This document shows, one piece after another, positions 54,601 through 64,000 of a DNA stretch of 64,000 nt. This DNA comes from Bigelowiella natans CCMP2755 (Eukaryota > Protista > Cercozoa). The stretch's first letter is position 1, and the number at the start of each line of letters is the position of its first letter. Position numbers and translations under genes: made by a program. The stretch spans positions 76,204 to 140,203 of the forward strand of contig ADNK01003179.1 of assembly GCA_000320545.1 (NCBI GenBank). The letters are read 5' to 3'. The notes under the pieces were generated by a model. The model was not told where the DNA came from. It searched no databases and saw only the letters and a program-made list of their open reading frames with translations.

Positions 54601-57113
54601 CAACTTCGTGTAAATTGGTAATCATCTCGTTGTACATGTTGCGCACCAATGTCAGCTTGCCGTTGAATTCTCGGTACTTTTCGTTTTGCTCGTAAATGAC
54701 CTCCGCATAATCTGGAACATCCAGATGCAGAAGATGCATGTAACGAATCTCGTTCAGCATTCGTGTCAGGGAGGCATCGAAGTTAACCTTGAGGGTGCGT
54801 GTCTCCTCATCACGAGTGAGGAGCGGCTGGTCGAGCTTATTTTGGCTGTGTGACTTCACGTCACCCTTCCAAGAGTCAATAATCCCGTTCATGTAGTTTT
54901 TCATCGACTCCACCACTGTCTTATGGAGTTGGACGACTTCCTTCGCAAGGTCGCCGGTCTTTGTCTCCATCGTGAATTTATCGATGTTCTGGGCAACGAT
55001 ATCTATCCTGTCCATGAGGCCCTTGCACCACTTGAGAGATCCTGCGAGTGGAGCAGCATTCACGTCCATCTGAGGATTATCCTTCTCGTTAAGAAAACGG
55101 GTCTCCACATCCACTATCTCTTCGCGATATTCCTGTAGAAGGACAATTTGTTTCTTCTCCAGCTCCTCCTTGATCAGAGGTCTCTGAATCACTTCGTGGA
55201 ATGCATCGAGTAAGTCGAAGCGTGCCAGGATGGTTGTGTTATCATCGTAACTATCAATCAGCATGGCTGCAAGCGTGCGTTCAAGTTGTCGGATCTTGAC
55301 GCGGAAGGCAAAGAAATCGTCGTCAAACTCTTCTGCGTCAATATCGATCACGTCGTACTTGGCGTTCTGGAAGTCATCGGAAGCCTTCTTGAATCTCTCG
55401 TACACCCTCTCAAGATGCTCGGTGAGCTCGAGACCTTTTGCGGCACCGAAGACAATTCGCCCGGGCTCCAGCTTCTCGAAGCAAAGCATTGCAGACAAGA
55501 ATTCATTGACGTCCTTACATCTCTCGATGAAAGTGTTCAGGCGAATAAAGACATCGCTTGGCTCAACATCCCACGCCTCTCCGCTGTCGGGAAGCTCTGT
55601 AGAAGCGATCTTCTGATATTCAATAAAGCTAGTCTTGAGTTTCTTGCACACATCGACGGCCTGTTCCAGCAGTTTCTGCGCTTCCTTTGTATCCTCGTTC
55701 TCAACATGCTTCCAAATCTCCTGTCCAGCGCAATATGCACTGGCCTTCTCGATCACAAGGTTGGAGATCTCTTGCATAAGGTTCAATAGACGTCCCTTTG
55801 TGTTGTAAGTCTTGGACGTCTTCCATACAAGGATCATGAGGTGGAGAAGAGGGGGGTATATGTCAACAGTCTCCTCGAACTCCATGCAGTTGGCAATCTC
55901 TTTGACGTACTTCTCAATAATCTTCAGGTACATCAGGTTCTCCTTTGCTTCTTCGATCGAAGTGCCCACCTTATCCTGCAGTTCCATAAAGTCTTTCATG
56001 TAAGGTGATTTCTTCTCGGACAGAACCTTGATCACTCCTTGTGTCTTCTCTGACCTTAGCTGGTCTCTGACACTTTCTAGGTCTTCCTTCTTTTCCTTCC
56101 AGAATTTGATTTCTTCAATCGGGGTTGGGTGATTTTTGGCTGTGTGAAGAGCCTCAGGAGCTTTCTTTGTGATCGCCGAAATAAGCTCAGACCACTGAAT
56201 AACACAGCTTTGCATGTGGTGCAGTCGTTCTGCTTCTGGGATGCTCTCATCATAAGCTTGGGGAAGCGGGGGGGGCAGCATCGTGCGTCCCTAAAAATTT
56301 ACATTACAGATGAATTCTTTCCTGTTATCTCATGTTATACTTAACATCTGGATGCTGACCCTAACCATATATTTATCCCCAACATACCGTGTACTGGCCG
56401 ACTGCTACGTGAAGGTTCGACATGTACTTATCGAGATGCAACATAATTTCTTTAGTGGAGACGCTGGGCCAACCCTCCCTATTTTTCGGGGTCCGGACGA
56501 CTGGACACACGACTTCATTCATCAAACCCTTCAGGTTCACAAGCAAGTTGTCGGTGACCTCCGCACAGAGTACCTTTTGGGTCAAGGATATATATTTTGA
56601 AGATCAATTCCCAAATCAATGTTAAAATCAAGGGCAGGATTAGCACAATCTATTCACTACCCTGCTTCTCAAAACTGAAACATCCAATTTAGTGTCTGGG
56701 TCAACATCAGGAGGTTTCAGGAAATATATGAGCTTCCTTCGAAACGTTTCGGGCATCTCATTTGTGACCACGGGGACATCTCCGCGACCCATCGTGGCGA
56801 TCAACAGACGCTTTCCACCTCCAGAGCAAAAGTCCTCTATTGCCTCTCTGGAAAGTTTCATAAATAAGTATTATAAGAGGGATGAACTAATCATTCATAG
56901 AGGTGAACGCTATCAGCTTGTTTTCTGTTATAAAATAACATTGAGAACAATGTCTGATTTAGGGAGATGCTGAGTGCATGAAAGTGCAATACGATACCTG
57001 CATGGTCCCTCTTCCGTCAGTACATCCTCGAACTTTGTGTTCTTGGGTCCCTTCGGATTCAGGGAGTTATGCAGCTTCGCTTTAATATACTCTATGGCTT
57101 TCTCGTCGGACAT
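42644..57113 (-). CDS. Axonemal outer-arm dynein heavy chain, beta type (ODA4/DNAH9/11/17 group); 5 exons: 57113-56998, 56847-56661, 56573-56388, 56290-53396, 53257-42644; about 4665 aa
   Basis: Exon lengths sum to 13998 nt in frame. P-loops: GPAGTGKTET (AAA1), GPASAGKT, GGAGTGKT, GVGGSGKQ. Also [23 protein letters not shown] and a beta-type C-terminus YTCPCYKTTFRGPTYVF...KWTLSGVVMLL. Confidence 0.97.
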
Positions 57114-57953
57114 CGTAGTATATTCTGGAGAAACGTCTCCCTTGTTTCTCTAATTACTATACTCTTTGCCCGAAAGATAAAATATTTATCCCCCCTCTAT
57201 TCTTGTATTCCTTCCAGCTAATTCCTCGAGGAGGGGGACGGGGGAAGGGGGGGCAGCGTGCGATTTTTGGCGCTGGTGGTTTTCCAACTGTTTCAAAGAG
57301 ATGATCTCGTTTTGCGTAACGAAGTTTATGGAACGCCGCTTATAACATATATACGACATGAATATTTACTGACGCTTTTTATTTATTGGACATATTTTTG
57401 ATATCGTTTGAAAACCTTTGCCATTTACCTTATTGATATTTCTGAATCGCTTGTGGTGAGATTGAAAGGGAACCTGAAATTTGCCCTCTTCATCAAAATA
57501 ATGGTCTATATCTCCTAAACGTATTGTCGTCAAAATATAGTGTAGTACATACTCTTTCTTTCATCGCATAAGAACATCTTTCGGATCTGAACAGATGTAG
57601 AGATTAAAACCAGAGAAGAGGGGTGTTTTGGCGAAATATGATACTTTCGGTCAAATATATATGAAAATAGCCTTCATATATAGTCAGAATTTTTAATCGT
57701 ATCGGTTTTATTGGTCCTGGATGCAGTTACTGACGTCTCCCTCAATTAGGACCGAGAAAGAAGATCCGAAAATATATTATTACCTAAAAAGTTGTAAATT
57801 ATTCGCTATGCTCGAATTTACTTCATGGCCATTCTGCCAATATGGCAAAATATGGAGGACATTTCATGCACAATGGAAACCATATTGATTTATGTTAAAT
57901 TCTACGTTAAATCAATTGTCGGTAGATAGAAACGACATTCTTTTCCATCGTAA

Positions 57954-59199
57954 ATGCCACTTAGCGAAGAACCCACTTGCTCCATGCATCCCTTCTGGTC
58001 GGTGGGCTTCTGCCTGGCTGCCCTTGTCCACGCAGGTCTTCGTTGCGAAATCACTTCTTCAGTTGCATTATACCTTATCTAACTATCGATGATTCTTTCG
58101 CAGAACCTTCATCTACAACAGTCCTTGTCACAGGAGCGACAGGCCGCACAGGTTCCCTCGCGTATCTGAAGTTCAAAGATCTTGGTCGTACTCCTCCCCT
58201 AGGATTAGATTTTGTATCACTTGTATTCATCTTAAAGTCGATCTTTCCCCAGGCTTTGAAGTTCGTGGGCTCGTTCGTAATGTGACGAAAGCTCAAGAGA
58301 GATTGAAATGCCTGAAGTGCGATGAGACGGAAGGGTGAATTTTCCTAGTTTCTTATTTCACTTTGAGTCTACTGAACATTTCATTCCCTCTTCCTTCTTT
58401 GTTTTCATTCGGGCTGGCTTCGATGACTGTAGAATCTTCGTCGGAGACGTCCGAAACAGCAGTACCTTGGAAGCCGCCTTTACAGGAGTCGAGTTTGTTG
58501 TCATTTTAACCTCGTCCTCACCAGTCCAAGGGCCAAATGGGACTTGGAGTTTTCCAAACGGGAGGTAAATAGTGCTAATGTGCCGCGCCAAATAACTATC
58601 TACTTTCCCCTAGCTTTTCGTCTTCCTCATTTATATTGGCGTCTTTTGCATAAAACCTAGCTACCCAATTGACATCGACTACAAAGGGTGCATCAACCAA
58701 GTTCGTGAAGCAATGAATCATGGTGTGAGCCAGGTCATCCATAGATACTTTATAAATTTCGATGAGTTCCGTATTAGTAGTAAGATTCCTTGGTTGGTAC
58801 AGATCATCCTGGTGTCCAGCTTTGGAACTACCAAACCTGAGAACCCGAATGACCCCATGTCGACTGGGCACGTCCTCCTGTACAAACTAAATGCAGAGGC
58901 GTCTCTAATGGGATCCGGGTAGCATCGTTCATTTTCATGCGTCATTATTTTCCATACATGTGTACGTGTATGTTGACGTAAAAATACGATTTGTCCCTTT
59001 CAGGCTAGATTTTACTATTATAAAACCGGCGGGACTGGTGAGTACTCCGGGGGGCAAGAATCTGCTCTTAATTGGGCAGCAGGATTCGTGCATGCAGGAA
59101 GGCCTTTTCAGCATTAGTCGAGAAGGTTGATCAAATGGGAGAGTAGGAAAAAGTAGTATTGTCGTCGTTGATGCGAACGCGCACGCACCTGAGGGAGAA

Positions 59200-59246
<47 letters not shown>

Positions 59247-59544
59247 CTAAGAACGTGCGATAGAAGATAGGAAAGGAAAAAACCATCATTTACACAAAAC
59301 ATATCAGACCTGGCAGATGTGTGCGTCCAAGCTGTGCTCAACACAGACATTAGCCGTGGCTTGAGGTTCGACTTGGTCAGGTATGTATCATGAAATAAGT
59401 CTAAAAATTTTTGCCAAAGAGATACGGATGATTCTGAACTATCATTCTGACCCGGCATTGCTTGCCTCGTATCCTCATCAGTGATCCTTCGAAGCCTGCG
59501 ACAGGTGATTTGAAGGCTCTTTTGCAGTCAGCTCAGAAAAATAG
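57954..59544 (+). CDS. Atypical SDR / NAD(P)H-binding Rossmann protein (SDR_a5, Tic62/At5g02240-like) with N-terminal signal-like leader, about 9 exons
   Basis: VLVTGATGRTGS, VRGLVRN, IFVGDV, YPIDIDYKG, IILVSSFGT, YKLNAEASL, FTIIKPAGL, SISREDLADVCVQA. Stop TAG at 59544. Confidence 0.85.
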
Positions 59545-59559
59545 GATCTGAATAATTTG

Positions 59560-60280
59560 GAATCATAGCTTCATCATGCATAAGATCCCGGAATTATAAA
59601 GAAATCATGCAAGCTATCAGGGCCTCTGCCAGCTCATGAAGTGTGAATCCTAGATGCATGTTTTGGCAAGCTAATAACAGAGACGAGAAATAGAAAGTGA
59701 TAATCTAAATTACATGCGTTTCACATGTATACTGTGTCTATAGTGTAGTGAATGCACGATGCTGTGCATAGCATGGGCAAATTGCAGCACCAGTACTAGA
59801 GTAGCAACACACAACTCCGATCCGCATGGGTTATTAGATGTTCACATTTAGGCATTACATTGCACAGCTGTAATCGTACATGCAACGACCACGTACTGGC
59901 TGTCATGCAACAAAATACATGTGACTGCATAGCTAGATATAGCACTGAGCGCATTTGGTGTGCATGGCAAACACACTTGTCATGTTCTCATGAGCATGCT
60001 GCTAGCATTGCATGAGAAACTCGAGCATGATTGTTACACATAATGATTCATGCAAGGCTAGAAGGATCATGATGAGCTAGGCGACGCTAGTAGATACAAA
60101 TGATTGCAGCACACGTGGAGACGCGACAACCCGCATCGCACGGCTAGATACGGGTGCGTGCGAAGTCTAGTATGCCCCTTAAGTACCGGTTCGCAGCATT
60201 TGTTGATTTGTGATACACACGAACCCCAATTTTAGCGAAACGATTTACATGTCCACATGTGCTAGAACCATGTAAACGCA
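59560..60280. other. Convergent-junction tract 6
   Basis: Rich in gcatg, tgca, ctag and tagctag. Lies between the SDR stop (+) and the glycosyltransferase stop (-). Weaker than tracts 4 and 5. Confidence 0.6.
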
Positions 60281-60288
60281 CAGAGACT

Positions 60289-61234
60289 TCAGTCCGTCTC
60301 TATGGGTTCCCTTCCCAGTTCGATCCAATGCTTACGACACCTCTCTGGAAGACATTTCCCCATCACGTTAACGGGTTCTTCACTGGTTGCAAGCAGCCCA
60401 ACTTCATAGTTGCACATTAATCGCTTGTAATCCAGTGTCCATTTCATGGGATCACGCATCTGACAACCACAGATATTTGATGAATGTCTCGACTTGAATC
60501 ATGGTGGTTACCACTCCAACACTAACTATTACTACTGCTACTGGCACTACTACACAGCATGCCCATTCAGCGTCGCTCAATTCAAAGTTATATCAGACAT
60601 ACACTCTCGAACTCTATGTAGCCCTTGAGGCCATGTTTGCCTGGTAAATCCAAATATTGCATGTGAAGTGACGCACGATCAGTGCTGATGGGAGACAGAG
60701 CTTCTCTCCCCCCCATCATGCACAAACACTAGCATACATGAAAATGTGTGTACATGTATTTGCATATGCATGTTCGCAAGAAGCATTGCGCTACACGAGT
60801 TTGAACTCACAATTTAAGTATTCAGAGTTGTGCGTTGCCTCTCTTTGAGCCGCTAAAATCTTCATTTTCTTGCTTCCCTGCTGCCTCTTAAGGTCCTGTG
60901 CGACAAGCATATCAGTGGGCCGCTCTGAGCTCCTCTTACAATAATAATGACAACAGCTGTAAAAAGTATGATGGTGTTGTTATTGTACACCTCTAGAGTG
61001 GATGATCTATGCGGTTTAAGATCGGTCCATCCATGAATTACTTGCAAGCTTGGGCTGGACTTAACCACCCATCTCACCTCGTTAGCCTACACAAAGAATG
61101 ACGATGATAATGATGATAACAACACATTCATCGAATCATTTCTGGTAACCATCGTCATGCAGGAGAAGGAGCATATAAGGTGTGGGACGATGAGTAATCA
61201 CTTGCATGCAATGATGGCGATGACGGTGATGAGG

Positions 61235-61269
<35 letters not shown>

Positions 61270-61802
61270 GTGATGTTAACAGTGCGTCGCTATGGGTCTG
61301 ACCACCGCACGGTGTTCGTAGTCACCGTCCTCAAAGTATACTGGAACGAAGTTCTCATCAAAAAGACCCATCTTTGCAATGGCATGCGGTGTGAGAGCAA
61401 AGTTTGACCACGGTTGATTTGACCACGGTCGATTCATGTGATCTATGAACCCGAACGAGAAGATTCCGGCATCCCCCCCCAAAGACAAGTTTGAGTTAAT
61501 AAGCTCAGCGATGTTCCCCAACACGCCCTTGGGATAGGCGATGTCGTAGCTGACGCATAGCCACCACGGAGCTTTCATCTCCTCATAAATTATCTAGAAA
61601 TGAATGAATCGAACGATGTCATGTTGACCTTCCAAATGCAACAAGGTCGTCAATGGCACTCTACTATTGCTACTACCACTACCAACACCACTACTACATG
61701 ACAAAATAGTGATATGGTGTTGGCATAGACGACTAGCATGATTTACACTTCTTCTTTCTACGATGTATTTGAATAATAATCGAGATGATATTTTCTTATA
61801 TG

Positions 61803-61846
<44 letters not shown>

Positions 61847-62645
61847 TATTAATCATGATGACTCTACTACTACTACTACCTCATTTACGGCAAACGAAAA
61901 CCCCATGTTAAAAGGGTACTGATTTATGATCAGCCTGTCGTAAATCAAGTGGCTGTATCCCCCATTCCTCAACGCACGCACAACTGTATGTGCTTCATTT
62001 GAGAAATTCCCGTACCTTTAAGTGCATTCATAATCGTATCATTGTGTTATCATCTAAAATTGTGCAAGAAAGGATCCATAATCAGCCTGACATCATCATA
62101 CATTGAGCATTTTCATGAAGGACGCACACTTACTACTACTACTTCTACTACCACTACCATGTGACGACTATCGTCCCAATGGGTGTATCGATGCTTCGAA
62201 GAAGTCTGTCAATGAAACGGGCCTTCTCGTCGTCATGAAATACGGTAAGACCTTCGTAGTCACACATAGTTGGTGAGAGGAATAGATCGAGGAGATGATT
62301 GATTTGTTGTCATCGAAAGACAAGCAGCACGTGCAACCAAAGAAACCAGAAGGATGAGAAGGAGGAGAAGAAGGGCGTTCATCACCGAATGTTTAGCAGC
62401 ATAATGTGCATGCAGTTGTACCTAAGACTGGGACCTTCCTCATGTTTGCAGGATAGGTAGTCTGCCCCGTCTTGTTGTCGGGTGAGATCCTGAATCTTGC
62501 TGCTCTGATTGCCTTCCTATTCAGCTCATTTCGTGCAATCGCCAAACGCTCGAACCACTGACGATCAAGCCTCTCATAACCTCTGTCAGAAGCTGGGCTC
62601 CCTATCCGTTCCACATATTTATCAAAGAACTCTGTGAAGTTGACA
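60289..62645 (-). CDS. GT-A glycosyltransferase resembling the LPG1 beta-galactofuranosyltransferase (GT40)/GT2 group; 5' part cut off by LTR retrotransposon insertion
   Basis: Exons give KVPVLG, IDRLLRSIDTPIGTIVV, NQYPFNMGFSFAVNE and FALTPHAIAKMGLFDENFVPVYFEDGDYEHR. Stop at 60289. The reading frame stays open up to the LTR edge at 62646. Confidence 0.7.
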
Positions 62646-62971
62646 TGTTGCGCGTAAGGTGTTCACAGGCCGAGGCGCTACGTGCACAAGTAGGCAGGGG
62701 GGGGGAAAGGCACGTTTGCTTCCTTTTGAAGAGTTGTGTTTATTTTTATTAAAGATTATATTTTTATTAAATCGTGCACTGCGTAATCATTCGCGAAGCT
62801 TTCGCGAATGCCGCCGCACGTGGGGCAGCACACTTCCGGTGTGCTGCCATGAGTCCCGCCGGAACCCACGTGCCTATGCTGTATTAATATCTACGTTATC
62901 TATATTCTATATCCGCGACAACCCCTTTGTTGTCGCACGTGACTTGTGCCCGCGTAGTGGTACGCGCTACA
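62646..62971 (-). repeat. 3' LTR, 326 bp
   Basis: Minus-strand ends TGTAGCGCGTA...TACGCGCAACA form an 11-bp inverted repeat with 1 mismatch. It is preceded by PPT GGGGGAGG (62972-62979) and contains internal AATAAA. Candidate TSD is TGACA at 62641-62645. Confidence 0.8.
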
Positions 62972-63022
62972 CCTCCCCCAAGTCACGTTGCTCCTTCCTT
63001 CCTTCCTTATTCCCTTAGACCT

Positions 63023-64000
63023 TCATCGCTTTCGGAACTTCACCAACCACCAGGTAATAGATTCCTCTCTAACCTTATCTCCTTTGTCGCTTACCCAGAA
63101 CTCACCTTCGTCCTTAGGTTCGTGTCCATACCAGCCCTCTGCATCAAGGTCCCCCAGGACCTTATACCAGTGCTCAAAGGGTAAGTCGGGAACAGCTAGG
63201 TAGAGTAGCTGATATTTTCCGTCCTTTATTTTCATAGCTACCCTCTCCATATTTCGTAATCCAGGGTAGCCTAGATAGACAATCTTCATGCGCCAATCGT
63301 CGTTCACCCTGACCTTATTGTTTCCATATTCCACATCGAACTTAGGTCGGGGTCCTAAACAAGGCATTGCTCGCTCCCACACAGTAGGGTTTACTTTAAC
63401 ATCCTCTAGGAGCTTCTCACCGATATCATAATTCTTTAGGTGACTGATGTGGCGCAAGGTGACCCTGTTCCCATCATAGATGTAGTACTGCTTCCTCCCC
63501 TTCCTCTCGGTAACCTTTGCAACGCCACCCCAGAAGGGGTCTTGTTTATTTCTCGATCTCAGATTTACCTTGGCCCTAACATACTGTCCTTCCTTTAGAA
63601 CTCGGCCATCGTACGGGACCTTCTCGTCTTCGCTCTCGGTATCGTCGTCGTTGTCGTCGCCTTCTTCCCTCTCCTTATCCTTGATACCTCCCCCAGACGT
63701 GAAGGTGTCGTTTACTAACCCTTGTATCTTGTCTGGTGTGGTGCTATTTATCCTGCTTAGGTTGGCCAAGGTGCGGTGGAGTCGCTCTACCTTGGAGTTG
63801 GACTGGGCATAGTATACAGGTGAGGCATCAATATTAGGGTGTGGTAGCTGTAGAAGAGAGGTCTCATTATCCACATGTAACTTCTTTGGTATCTTGTTTA
63901 TGCTAACTTCATCAGGGATAGCCTGGAGCTCAGACTCCCAGGTACGGTAGCAGTTAGTAAGCCTCTGCTTATATAAGCCTTTGTTCTTCTAGCAACGTTG
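63023..64000 (-). CDS. Retroviral-type integrase (rve core + GPY/F SH3-like) with C-terminal Dam-like methyltransferase-fold extension; apparent frameshift near 63930-63990
   Basis: PKKLHVDNE (2nd Asp), SPVYYAQSNSKVERLHRTL (Glu), GQYVRAK...KQDPFWGGVAKV...RHISHLK, then an extra domain of about 125 aa. This frame has a TAG at ~63990, while the neighbouring frame reads NVARRTKAY. Confidence 0.8.

Larger units (their letters stand above)
62646..64000 (-). mobile_element. Ty3/Gypsy-like LTR retrotransposon, 3' end (integrase, PPT, 3' LTR); continues beyond the window
   Basis: Integrase is the last coding module, followed by a purine tract and a TG...CA LTR. Confidence 0.85.

Noticed and set aside
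42915-56344. Numerous + strand and alternate-frame ORFs overlapping the dynein gene
   Set aside because: Antisense shadows of a long, codon-biased CDS with no recognisable motifs.
1-64000. CRISPR arrays, operons, snRNA or rRNA genes
   Set aside because: This is eukaryotic spliced DNA; I saw no regularly spaced repeat-spacer arrays and no U1/U2/U5/U6 or rRNA signatures.

Overview
This is eukaryotic nuclear DNA from an intron-rich flagellated protist, with short GT-AG introns packed with microsatellites. The style suggests a chlorarachniophyte or other rhizarian, but that is only an impression. Most short ORFs in the track are artefacts of repeats or antisense frames. Reading exons by eye gives 12 protein genes, 1 probable pseudogene fragment and 1 tRNA, in this order: sialate O-acetylesterase-like (-), tRNA-Asn(GTT) (-), SMIM13-like small membrane protein (+), large coiled-coil/EF-hand-like protein (-), exosome subunit MTR3/EXOSC6-like (+), ATRX/ARIP4-like SNF2 ATPase with SAM+WW tail (-), Cdc24-type multi-OB-fold protein (+), decayed EGF-like fragment (-), APH/EcKinase-like kinase (+), PP2A scaffold A subunit (-), hypothetical protein (+), outer-arm beta-type axonemal dynein heavy chain (-), atypical SDR (+), and an LPG1-like glycosyltransferase (-) interrupted by an LTR retrotransposon. 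Two observations stand out. (1) The retrotransposon's integrase ends in a domain resembling the DIRS-type DNA N6-adenine methyltransferase fold, with a degenerate catalytic motif, at the position where chromoviruses carry a chromodomain. (2) Protein genes alternate strand throughout, and each of the six convergent 3'-3' junctions holds a 0.6-0.9 kb tract of distinctive composition: rich in TAGC/GCATGC/CTAG palindromes and depleted of homo-dinucleotides. All family assignments are motif recognition from memory; no searches were run. Boundaries of multi-exon genes and tracts are approximate unless stated.
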